Assembly (NCBI GenBank): GCA_035502015.1
Contig: DATJVA010000001.1
Location: forward strand, 676-64,675
DNA from: Thermoplasmata archaeon
GTDB taxonomy: Archaea; Thermoplasmatota; Thermoplasmata; Lutacidiplasmatales; UBA184
Length of the DNA stretch: 64,000 nucleotides
Direction: 5' to 3'
Under the pieces are notes generated by a model that was not told the origin of the DNA, did no database searches, and worked only from the letters and a program-made list of their open reading frames with translations. Position 1 is the first letter of the stretch. Each line of letters opens with the position of its first letter. Positions 39,461 to 47,912 of the stretch are shown here, piece after piece. Position numbers and translations under genes: made by a program.

Positions 39461-39748
39461 TCAGGGGCTCAGGTGGTAGGCGAGCCCGTACCAGCTGCCC
39501 TGTTCCTTATCGAAGGTCGTGCCGCACTGGAAGCAGAAGAAGACCCGGAACGGGGGTTCCTTCGGTTCGACCTCCATGACTCCGCCGCAGATCGGGCAGC
39601 AGAGCTTACGGCCGACCTCGGGAAACCCATGCCAGGAGTCGCGCTTGCGGTCGTAGACGACCCCGTCGTTCCCGCAGACGAACATCGGGAACGGGACGTT
39701 CGGGGAGGTCGGTCCGCTCATCACCCGGCCGCAGACGGGGCAGAACAT
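39461..39748 (-). CDS. Small protein with a duplicated zinc ribbon
   Basis: CPVCGRVM...FVCGNDGVVYD...SWHG and CPICGGVM...FFCFQCGTTFD...SWYG. Confidence 0.7.
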   Translation of the reverse strand: MFCPVCGRVMSGPTSPNVPFPMFVCGNDGVVYDRKRDSWHGFPEVGRKLCCPICGGVMEVEPKEPPFRVFFCFQCGTTFDKEQGSWYGLAYHLSP

Positions 39749-39792
39749 TCGAACCCGGTACCGTCGCTCGGGTCGGAAAAACTTACCGCGCG

Positions 39793-41304
39793 CTAGGCGG
39801 CTCCCCGCGGTCGCTCGAGCGTGACGATCGATTCGCGCAGCTCGAAGCTCCGGCGCTGGCCGCTCCGGCGGCGACGAGCGACCTCGACCGAGGCGATTCT
39901 GAAGCCGCGCTCGGCCCCGAGGCGGGCAAGCAGGAGGTCTCCGGGGACGTACGCCCCGGCGAGCAGGGAATCCCCGACGACCACGACGAACCGTCCTCCC
40001 GGGACGAGGGCGCGGTAGACTCCGTCCAGTACAGGACGCAGGTCGGAGAAGTAGCGGTGGACGACCGCGTGCATATCGTCGCGGCGATACGACCCCTTCC
40101 GGGCAAGGTTCTCCCGGATGCGCGAAAGCACCTCCGAAAGCCAGGGGTCGGAGACCCGGCTCGTGTCGAGGTAGGCGGCCGCCTCGCGTCGGGGAAGGTT
40201 GTCGCACGCCACCTGCGCCCGACGGATCGCCGCGAGGTCGGCGTACGAATGCGCGTACCCCAGCCACGCGAGGTCGACCTTGTAGTTCATCACGTAGTCC
40301 ATCCCGTTCACGTACGGCGGGCTCGTGACCGCGAGCGCGACCGACCGAGCCCGCCAGCCACCGTGTCTCGCGTCCCGCGTCGTCACCTCCGCCGGGGGGC
40401 CCCAGCGGACCCGGTCCGCCTGCAAAGTGCCGAGGTCAACGACCATCTCGTCGACCGCGGTGCGGAACCGCTCCATCGGCGAGACCGCGGGCTCCTCCCG
40501 CGCCCTTCCGTAGCCGAGGCACGGGGACCGGTGGAGGCGGCTCGACGGGATGAGGATTCGACCGAAGGCGAGTCGCAGCGCCTCCGAGAGCGGGTCGACC
40601 TCTCGAGGGAGCGCATCGCGAAGTCGGGTGAGGTCCCGGAGCGCCGCCGAGGAGAACTGACGACGCGTCTCGCGAAGGAACGGCAGGCTCCCCACGGGGC
40701 GCCGCGCCGCCCGGCGGAGGACCCGCTCGGCCGCGGACGGGAGAGCTCGGGGGTCGAGTTCGAAGTGCGTCTTCACCCGGGCCGCGAGCGCCGCGGGGCC
40801 GAGAAGCTCCGTACCTACGGCGTGAGCGCCGGCGCGCCGTGCCTCGACGAGCGTGGTCCCGCTGCCGGCGAACGGGTCGAGGACGGTGGCGCGGTATGGA
40901 AGGTCGGCCTGGGCGATCACGCCCGCGACGAACTCGGCCGAGTACCCTTGGACGTACGGCCACCATCGGTGAACGGGAAGCGACTCGTTCGAGCGGAACG
41001 TGATCGGCCCGCGGTAGCGACCGAGGGTGACCCCGTTCTCCTTCTCGAACCGTTCCGCGAACTGCTGGGGGTCGACGAAGTCGTGGCGCTCGGCCAGCCG
41101 CTCGTAGTCCCGCAGGACGAACAGCCCTCGGCCCATCCGCAGCACGTCGCCCCGGCTCCGCATTGCGTCGAGGACGGTGGCCACGCGGTCGGCGCGGTCG
41201 TCGAGGCGAGAGGCGATCTGACGGACCGTGGCCCCGATCGCCCCGGTCTCCCCGAGGACCTCCCGTACCGCCCCCGCGAGGCTCTCGTGGTCCGAACCGG
41301 CCAT
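39793..41304 (-). CDS. Amino-DNA methyltransferase (m4C/m6A) with an N-terminal winged helix
   Basis: VLDPFAGSGTT (motif I) precedes VTSPPY (motif IV); N-terminal ATVRQIASRL...VLDAMRSRGDVLRMGRGLFVL. Confidence 0.85.
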   Translation of the reverse strand: MAGSDHESLAGAVREVLGETGAIGATVRQIASRLDDRADRVATVLDAMRSRGDVLRMGRGLFVLRDYERLAERHDFVDPQQFAERFEKENGVTLGRYRGPITFRSNESLPVHRWWPYVQGYSAEFVAGVIAQADLPYRATVLDPFAGSGTTLVEARRAGAHAVGTELLGPAALAARVKTHFELDPRALPSAAERVLRRAARRPVGSLPFLRETRRQFSSAALRDLTRLRDALPREVDPLSEALRLAFGRILIPSSRLHRSPCLGYGRAREEPAVSPMERFRTAVDEMVVDLGTLQADRVRWGPPAEVTTRDARHGGWRARSVALAVTSPPYVNGMDYVMNYKVDLAWLGYAHSYADLAAIRRAQVACDNLPRREAAAYLDTSRVSDPWLSEVLSRIRENLARKGSYRRDDMHAVVHRYFSDLRPVLDGVYRALVPGGRFVVVVGDSLLAGAYVPGDLLLARLGAERGFRIASVEVARRRRSGQRRSFELRESIVTLERPRGAA

Positions 41305-41348
41305 CGCCGCCGGAGGACGCCACGAGGTCATAACGGCACGACCGCGGT

Positions 41349-42239
41349 TCAGCGACGAGAGACGGAAGGACGGGTCGCCGGGGTCTCCGGAAGGCGAACG
41401 GCCGTGTCGAGGGATCCGAGGATCTGTTTTCGTCTTCGCCGTCGGTCGTCCCGGAGTTGCTCGGCCCAGTCGGTCTTCCGGACGTCGTCGTCCAGCCCGA
41501 CGAGGATCATGTCAAGGTCGTGGAGGTCCCCGAGGTCCTTCTGGAGCCGGGCGAGAGAGCTCGGGAACGCGCGCTCGTGCTCCGGGTCGAGCACGACCGC
41601 GAGGTCGGAGAATTGGCGGGCCCGACGGATTCGTATCCGCAGTCGGTGCAGACGTTCCATGGTCGGACGGCGAACCGCTTTGCGATGGGCCGCCGCCAGC
41701 TTCTGGTGAGTGCGGTCGTGGGCGGCTCGCACGGCCCGACGACTGTCCCGGAACGAACCCGAGCGGGGAAGGCTCCGGAGCCGCTCGGCGACGTCGTCGA
41801 GGAGCCGTGCCTGGCGCTCAGAGCGGAGGAAGGCGCGCAGGAGCTCCCGTCCCGTCCGGGCATCGTCCTGTACCCTCTTTCGGTACTGTTCGACCCGCTC
41901 GGTGTCCCGACGGGACGCCGACGCCCGGTCGAACCGCTGGAGGAGGGCGAGCGCGATGTCCCGGTCGCGGATCCGTCCAACGAGACGCGAAAGGCGCTTC
42001 ACGCGGACGTCCAGCGGGTGGAGGAGCTCGCGCTCCGCGCCGGGGAGCAGCGCTTCCCAAAGGGCGAGGCCGGTCCGCAACTTGCGCATCTGACGATGGA
42101 GGCGATGAAGGCTCTCCGGGGACGGGTGAGGGGCGGCGACCACGAAGTCGACCGCCTTCGTGACATCCTCGAGGATCCGCGCGATTTCGCGTGCGACGAG
42201 CTCGGGACGGATGGCGCCGTTGCGCTCGCTCGGGGCCAT
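41349..42239 (-). CDS. CHAD domain (polyphosphate-binding) protein
   Basis: SLHRLHRQMRKLR, GRIRDRDI, LHRLRIRIRRAR, LQKDLGDLHDLD. Confidence 0.9.
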   Translation of the reverse strand: MAPSERNGAIRPELVAREIARILEDVTKAVDFVVAAPHPSPESLHRLHRQMRKLRTGLALWEALLPGAERELLHPLDVRVKRLSRLVGRIRDRDIALALLQRFDRASASRRDTERVEQYRKRVQDDARTGRELLRAFLRSERQARLLDDVAERLRSLPRSGSFRDSRRAVRAAHDRTHQKLAAAHRKAVRRPTMERLHRLRIRIRRARQFSDLAVVLDPEHERAFPSSLARLQKDLGDLHDLDMILVGLDDDVRKTDWAEQLRDDRRRRRKQILGSLDTAVRLPETPATRPSVSRR

Positions 42240-42327
42240 CCGGAACCCTCGGCCGGGCAGACCAAGTCCCCCACCTAAACCATTCGGAAGGGGCGGTCCC
42301 TAAGCCGGATTTCACCCGAGCCCTCAT

Positions 42328-42343
42328 AGAGACGTACGTCTCT
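42328..42343. promoter_or_regulatory. Perfect 16-bp palindrome between the divergent CHAD and ppx genes
   Basis: AGAGACGTACGTCTCT, ending 10 nt before the ppx ATG. Confidence 0.5.
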
Positions 42344-42352
42344 CGTCTCCTC

Positions 42353-43909
42353 ATGCACCGGGCCCGTCTCGCTGACCTCGAGCGAGACGGTCGTCCGGCC
42401 CGCTCGGAGTCGACCATCGGCGTGATGGACATCGGCTCGAACACGGCCCGGTGCGTTGTGTTCGACGCCTCGACGGCGGGTACGGTGCGACCGGTCTACG
42501 AAACGAAGGACGCGCCTCGCCTCGGCTCCGGGACCGGGGCCGATGGGAGCCTCTCTCCCGAGGCGATGGTGCGCGGCGTCACGACCGTCCGCCGTTTCGC
42601 GCGCACGCTGCGGGCGTTCAAGGTGCCGAAGACGCTCGCCGTGGCGACGAGCGCTGTCCGGGACGCTCCGAACGGCCCCGACTTCGTCCGGGACGTCGCA
42701 CGGGCGACCGGGGTGACGCTCCGAACGATCTCGGGAACCGAGGAAGCGCGGTACGCCTACCTCGGGCTCGCGAGCGCCTGGGAGCTCTCAAACGACCTCG
42801 TCTGCGACCTGGGCGGTGGGTCGCTCCAGATCGCGGAGGTGCGTGACGGAGCGCTCCGCAACTCCGTGAGCCTTCCCCTCGGAGCCTTGCGGCTCTCCCA
42901 GCGGTTCTTCGACCACGACCCTCCGAAGCGCCGGGAGTACGACGCGCTGCGCGAGCACGTGCAGGGGACGCTCGCCTCCGTACTCGAGGCGTTCGGTGGG
43001 ACCCGCTACCGTCTCTTCGGGGTCGGGGGCACCGTCCGGTCGCTCGCCCGCGCGGCGATCGAGTTCCGCGAGTACCCCGTGCGCCGGGTCCATGGCTATC
43101 CGCTCTACGAGAACGACATCGAGGCGCTCGAGGAGCTCCTCGGAGAGATGCCGAGCACGCGGCGTCGCGCGATCCCCGGCATCGGGGGCGACCGAGCGGA
43201 CGTCGTGCTCGCGGGGATCGTCGTCTTCTCCGAGCTTCTGCGCGCGGTGAAGGTGGACCGGATCATCGTCTCGGGCACGGGGATCCGGGAAGGGATCGCG
43301 CTCGAGTCGGTCGGGGCAAAGCTCCCGGCGCCGGCCGAGACGCTCGCCGCGCGGTCGGCCGCGGCCGCCTCCGAGTCGTTCGCTTTCGACCTCGAGCACG
43401 GGCGCGAGGTCGCCGATACGGCGACGACGCTGTTCCGTCTCCTCGCCGACCGTTTCGAGGCGGGGCGGAGCGAGGAGCTGGCGCTCCGCGTCGCCGCGTG
43501 GATGCACGACGCGGGGGTGGCAGTCGACCTGTGGAACCACGCCCGACACTCCTCCTACCTGATCCAGAACTACCCGATCTGGGGGCTCGACCAGCGGGAA
43601 GTGCTTCTCGCCGCGATGGCGGCGTACCTTCACGAAGGGACCGCGGCTCCCTCCGAGTGGAAGAAGGGGTTCCTTCCGATCATCCATCCTCCCGACCTGG
43701 AGAACGCGGTCCGCCTCGGCGCGATCCTCGGGGTCGCGGAGATCCTTGCCCCCGTCCACCCCCGGTTCTCCCTCGCGGGCGACGGTCGCACGCTGGCAGT
43801 GAGCTTTTCTACGACGAGCAGTACGACCCTTCCCCCGCGGTGGGCCGAGAAGGTTCGCAAGCCGATGGAACGGGTGTTCGAGCTCGAGGTGCGTCATCGA
43901 GATGCCTGA
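42353..43909 (+). CDS. ppx: Exopolyphosphatase Ppx/GppA with HD domain
   Basis: DIGSNT, ATSAVRDA.N, EEARY, DLGGGS, GIREG, MHDAG. Confidence 0.94.
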   Translation: MHRARLADLERDGRPARSESTIGVMDIGSNTARCVVFDASTAGTVRPVYETKDAPRLGSGTGADGSLSPEAMVRGVTTVRRFARTLRAFKVPKTLAVATSAVRDAPNGPDFVRDVARATGVTLRTISGTEEARYAYLGLASAWELSNDLVCDLGGGSLQIAEVRDGALRNSVSLPLGALRLSQRFFDHDPPKRREYDALREHVQGTLASVLEAFGGTRYRLFGVGGTVRSLARAAIEFREYPVRRVHGYPLYENDIEALEELLGEMPSTRRRAIPGIGGDRADVVLAGIVVFSELLRAVKVDRIIVSGTGIREGIALESVGAKLPAPAETLAARSAAAASESFAFDLEHGREVADTATTLFRLLADRFEAGRSEELALRVAAWMHDAGVAVDLWNHARHSSYLIQNYPIWGLDQREVLLAAMAAYLHEGTAAPSEWKKGFLPIIHPPDLENAVRLGAILGVAEILAPVHPRFSLAGDGRTLAVSFSTTSSTTLPPRWAEKVRKPMERVFELEVRHRDA

Positions 43910-44600
43910 GATCCCCTCACCGAACCACGGCTTTCCCGGTCGGTTGCTGGTCTTTGAGGGCCTCGACGGGAGCGGCAAGTCGACCCAGGCGGCGCTGCTC
44001 GGGAAGTGGCTCCAGTCGAACGGCTACCGGGTCTTCTTCACCGAGTGGAACTCCTCCGAGCTCGTCTCGAGCACGATCCGGCGCGGAAAGAAGAAGGGCC
44101 TTCTCACGCCCACGACCTTCTCGCTCCTGCACGCGGTCGACTTCGCGGACCGGTTCGAGCGGAAGATCCTGCCGCCCCTGCGGGCGGGGTATCTTGTCGT
44201 CTGCGACCGGTACGCCTACACGGCGTTCGTCCGGGACGCGGCCCGTGGCTGCGACCCGGCGTGGGTCCGCATGATCTACTCGTTCGCTCCGCGACCGGAC
44301 CGCGTGTTCTACTTCCGGGTCCCGGTGGCGGTGACGCTGAAGCGCAAGCTCGCCTCGCGCCTCAAGATGAACTACTACGAGGCCGGGATGGACCTGGGAC
44401 TCTCGGACGACCTCGTCGAGAGCTACCAGCGGTTCCAGGGGCGCCTGAAGCGCGAATACGACCGCCTCTCGACGATCGACGACTTCCGGGTGATCGACGC
44501 GACGCGCTCGGTCGAGGCGATCCAGGCGAACCTGCGCGCCGACCTGAAACCCCTGCTCGCAAAGTTCCCGACGGGAACGCGGTTGATGCATGATGGATAG
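43902..44600 (+). CDS. Thymidylate-kinase-like protein 1; probable catalytic subunit of a polyphosphate kinase
   Basis: FEGLDGSGKSTQ intact P-loop, CDRYAYT; overlaps ppx; paralog of the next gene. Confidence 0.8.
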   Translation: MPEIPSPNHGFPGRLLVFEGLDGSGKSTQAALLGKWLQSNGYRVFFTEWNSSELVSSTIRRGKKKGLLTPTTFSLLHAVDFADRFERKILPPLRAGYLVVCDRYAYTAFVRDAARGCDPAWVRMIYSFAPRPDRVFYFRVPVAVTLKRKLASRLKMNYYEAGMDLGLSDDLVESYQRFQGRLKREYDRLSTIDDFRVIDATRSVEAIQANLRADLKPLLAKFPTGTRLMHDG

Positions 44601-45306
44601 GACGTACGGTACCCGGCTTCCCGGGATGACGGAGGACGAGCTCGTCGGGAAGCTCGTCGTCGTCGAAGGGGCCGACGGTTCGGGACGGACGACCGAGGTC
44701 GCCCTCCTCCGGCAGTGGCTCGAGGTCGAGGGCCACGCGGTCGTCGATACCGGGTTGCGTCGCTCCGACCTCGTGAGCGGCGAGATCGACCGCGCGAAGC
44801 AGGGCCACACGCTCGCGTCGACCACCATGGCGCTCCTCTACGCCGCCGACTTCGCCGACCAGCTCGAGAACAAGATCGTCCCGGCGCTCGCGGCCGGAAG
44901 CACCGTCCTCGCCGACCGGTACATCTACACCCTGATGGCGCGCGCGATCGCCCGCGGCGCCTCCCGGGAGTACGCCCGCCAGCTGTACGGCTTCGCCCTC
45001 CGTCCCGACCTGGTCGTCTTCCTCGATGCCCGTCCCGAGATCCTGCTCCACCGGTCGATCGGGAAGTACGGGTCCCTCGACTACTGGGAGTCCGGGATGG
45101 ACCTCTGCCTCTCCCGCGACCTCTTCGAGAGCTTCTTCCTCTACCAGGACCTCCTCTCGAAGGAGTTCGAGTGGATGGCCGCGAAGTACGGATTCCACAC
45201 CGTCGACGCGAACGGCAGTCCGGAGCAGGTCCACGCGGACGTCCAGCGACTGGTGGCCCCCCTGTACGACCCACCGCGTCGCGCGGCCCGACGACGGCGA
45301 CGCTGA
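44590..45306 (+). CDS. Thymidylate-kinase-like protein 2; probable partner/regulatory subunit
   Basis: VEGADGSGRTT (P-loop Lys replaced by Arg), ADRYIYT; YWESGMDL.LS.DL.ESF matches YYEAGMDL.LS.DL.ESY of the paralog. Confidence 0.78.
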   Translation: MMDRTYGTRLPGMTEDELVGKLVVVEGADGSGRTTEVALLRQWLEVEGHAVVDTGLRRSDLVSGEIDRAKQGHTLASTTMALLYAADFADQLENKIVPALAAGSTVLADRYIYTLMARAIARGASREYARQLYGFALRPDLVVFLDARPEILLHRSIGKYGSLDYWESGMDLCLSRDLFESFFLYQDLLSKEFEWMAAKYGFHTVDANGSPEQVHADVQRLVAPLYDPPRRAARRRRR

Positions 45307-45356
45307 CGGTACGGTCTACCTGGTCGGCCGCTCGTGCAACGGCGGTGGGAACGACC

Positions 45357-45893
45357 CTAGTCGCGTTTCGCGGCGAGCTGTTTTCGAGTCAGTAGCCAGA
45401 CGAGGCGTCCCGCACCCGGGCGAACCGAGTTCGAGAACTCGAGACAGACCGCTCCACCTTTCGTGAGGTGGACCACGGAGAGGCCCTCTCCGGTGAGCGC
45501 CTCGCCCACGAACTCCGCGAGCGTCGGCTCGTGCCCGACCAGCACGACGGTCTCCTTCGGATGCGCTGAGCGACGGATCCGGTCGAAGATCGGGGTCGCC
45601 AGGTTGCCCGGCGCGAGCTCCTCCCACGTCTCGGGAGTAGGAGCCTTCGACAGCTCCCGACGGATCAGTTCCGCCGTGCGGAGGGCGCGGTCGGCCGAAC
45701 TGGACGCGAGCCGGTCGGCGGAGCGGACGACGTGGGCGAGCCCCTTCGCCGCCCGGCGTGTCTCGCCCTCGCCCTTGCGAGTGAGCGGCCGAAGGTCGTC
45801 ATCCGGCCAACGAGCGGGGTCCCGGACCTCGGCGGGGCCGTGACGAACGGCGATGACACGAATCGCTTTGGAGCGAACCTGCTTGCGCGGCAC
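45357..45893 (-). CDS. sixA: SixA-type histidine phosphatase
   Basis: VRHGPAE, RPLT.KG, SS..RA..TA, LVGHEP. Confidence 0.9.
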   Translation of the reverse strand: MPRKQVRSKAIRVIAVRHGPAEVRDPARWPDDDLRPLTRKGEGETRRAAKGLAHVVRSADRLASSSADRALRTAELIRRELSKAPTPETWEELAPGNLATPIFDRIRRSAHPKETVVLVGHEPTLAEFVGEALTGEGLSVVHLTKGGAVCLEFSNSVRPGAGRLVWLLTRKQLAAKRD

Positions 45894-45946
45894 GGGTCCG
45901 TAGGGGGACCCAAGGCAGGCGTCGTGGTAGAAAATCTCTCCGCTGG

Positions 45947-46984
45947 CTATGGAGGCTGGGCCGGGATCGCGGCAATACGTCGTCCGTGCGCTTTTGCGTC
46001 GGACCCGGCCGCCGGGGCACAGCGGTCGAGCGCAACTTGCGCGATGTCCTGGGAGTAGGCGACCGTCCGGCCGATCGATTCGAGGATCCGGGTCACCGCG
46101 GCGGCGGTCGCCGGGGGCATCGTTCCACCCCCGACCGCCGGGAGCAGACGCTCGGAAAGGGCCCGACCGGAAGCCTGGAGCGCCTCGCCAATGTCGAGCA
46201 GGTCGTTCGCCGCCGCGTCGTTCGCGACCTCGAGAACCCCTTCGAGATGCTCCATCGCTTGATGGTGGAACTGGTGGAGGGTCGTCACGGGTCCGCCCCC
46301 GCTCGGAAGGTCAACAAGCCGCCGTCCCACCTCGCCGATCACGACCGCGTGGTCGGCAATCCGCTCAAGGCTCCGTGCGGTCGTCCACGGGCCCAGCCAC
46401 TCAGACCCCCGTCCGCCGGCGCCAAGGCGGATCACCGCGACCCGTTCTACGTACCACGCCTCTCGGTCGATCTCGTCGTCGCGTCGTTCCCAGTACCCGT
46501 CCTCCAGGAACGGAAGATGGGACCAGCTCTCCACGGCCTCTCGGTGGAAGTCGACAACGAGCCGCCCCATGCGGACGATCCGCTGCTCGAGGGGGATCGG
46601 GCTTTCGAACGCGAGGTCGCGCAGCTGGACGGAGCCCGGCTCGTCCGAAATGATCTCGGGCTGGCGGGTCCTCCGGCAGAAGGTGCGGACCACGTCCCGC
46701 GTGCCGGCACTGATCGTCGGACGCTCCCGCACCGAGAACTGGCGGGCTCCGGCAAGGTACGCTCCCAGGAGGCGGCGGAAGAGGTGCTCGGATGGCTCTC
46801 CTCGGCTCACGTAGAGGACCACCTCTTCGATTGCGGCCGTTTGGTCGATCGGATCGCGCTTTGCGCCGGACGCCGCGCGCATCCCGCTGGAACGCTCGGG
46901 TCGGTGCTCACTTGGCCAACGGGGGGGACCCGGCGGCGACGTGGAAGAGCCTCCGCTCGCCCCCTCGGGAATCTTGGTCTTCAT
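45947..46984 (-). CDS. phoU: Archaeal PhoU-family phosphate uptake regulator (divergent)
   Basis: RRLLGAYLAGA, EIISDE, RDDEIDR, ARSLERIADHA, LESIGRT..YS.DIA; ATG 46984 preferred because a TATA lies about 26 nt upstream. Confidence 0.78.
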   Translation of the reverse strand: MKTKIPEGASGGSSTSPPGPPRWPSEHRPERSSGMRAASGAKRDPIDQTAAIEEVVLYVSRGEPSEHLFRRLLGAYLAGARQFSVRERPTISAGTRDVVRTFCRRTRQPEIISDEPGSVQLRDLAFESPIPLEQRIVRMGRLVVDFHREAVESWSHLPFLEDGYWERRDDEIDREAWYVERVAVIRLGAGGRGSEWLGPWTTARSLERIADHAVVIGEVGRRLVDLPSGGGPVTTLHQFHHQAMEHLEGVLEVANDAAANDLLDIGEALQASGRALSERLLPAVGGGTMPPATAAAVTRILESIGRTVAYSQDIAQVALDRCAPAAGSDAKAHGRRIAAIPAQPP

Positions 46985-47009
46985 CGGTACAGGAATGGCC
47001 GCCGTGCGC

Positions 47010-47064
47010 ATATATAGAGTTTGAATTTAGACTATAGTTCATACTATAGCTATTGTTTACCTAT
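47010..47064. promoter_or_regulatory. AT-rich promoter/operator with repeated CTATAG upstream of phoU
   Basis: ATATATAGAGTTTGAATTTAGACTATAGTTCATACTATAGCTATTGTTTACCTAT; ACTATAG at 47031 and 47043. Confidence 0.6.
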
Positions 47065-47268
47065 CGGGACGCCCGATGCGCGGCTCTGCCCATTCGTAGT
47101 GGCCGAGGGCGCTTTCTGAGCCGGTCGGGCGGAGTTCGGCCACGGGTTCGAGGTCCGCGCGCCGGACGTCGCACACTGGCGTGATGGTTCCCCCATCGGC
47201 GAGAAAGTGCCGGACGGCACGTCAGGGCAGAGTCCATAAGCGGGGTCCGCATCCCTCGCGGTAAGGTC

Positions 47269-47832
47269 ATGTCGACCTCCCGCCGCTTTGCGCGGTACCG
47301 ACCCACCGAAGGCGAGGTCGGGGGACGCCGCGTCTGGGCCGTCCCGCGCGCCGGCATGTGCCTGTCGGTGTTCGTGCTCGTCGGGGACCCGAAGAACCCG
47401 AACCTGGTCGTGCTCGGTCGTCCGGCGCCCTCCGCGCCATGGGACGAGATCGGGAACCTTGAGCCCGCGTCCCTCGAGGCGCTTCAGGAGCACTGGGTGC
47501 TCCCGGCGTGCCATCTTGTCGAGTTCGAGGGCCCGCGGGCGGCCGCCGAGCGGGTCGTACGGGAGCAGCTCGGTCTCGAGCACCTCGAGCTCCGGGGGCC
47601 CGAGGTGTTCTCGGACGCGTACCCGTCCGCGACTTCTCCAGAGAGCGGCTCTCACTGGGACATCGATTTCCTGTTCCATGCGGACTGGCCCCACGGCCGC
47701 GAGCTTCACTCACCGGCGTTCCGGGAGCTCCGTCTGATCGACACCCGGACGATCGGCGCTCCCAATCTCGGGCGGGGGCACGGGGACGTCCTGATCCTCG
47801 CAGGATATCCTCTCGGCGCCCGGATGACCTGA
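47269..47832 (+). CDS. NUDIX hydrolase-like protein
   Basis: WVLPACHLVEFEGPRAAAERVVREQLGL, a divergent Nudix box. Confidence 0.65.
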   Translation: MSTSRRFARYRPTEGEVGGRRVWAVPRAGMCLSVFVLVGDPKNPNLVVLGRPAPSAPWDEIGNLEPASLEALQEHWVLPACHLVEFEGPRAAAERVVREQLGLEHLELRGPEVFSDAYPSATSPESGSHWDIDFLFHADWPHGRELHSPAFRELRLIDTRTIGAPNLGRGHGDVLILAGYPLGARMT

Positions 47833-47912
47833 CCGCCGCCCGCCACCGCCCGGAAGTGGGGTCCGGGTCAGTCACCTCGAACTGTTATGTCGACTGCCGC
47901 GGTCGGAGCTCC

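Noticed and set aside
39793..42239. Restriction-modification system
   Set aside because: The neighbours are CHAD and a small zinc-ribbon protein; no endonuclease motif was recognised
43902..45306. Plain duplicated thymidylate kinase (tmk)
   Set aside because: The polyP context, tight paralog pairing and K-to-R P-loop change argue against canonical dTMP kinase function, so no symbol was assigned
45957..45966. TGGGCCGGGA matching the tRNA 3' end as a distal island boundary
   Set aside because: Only 10 nt, GC-rich and inside the phoU coding sequence; expected by chance
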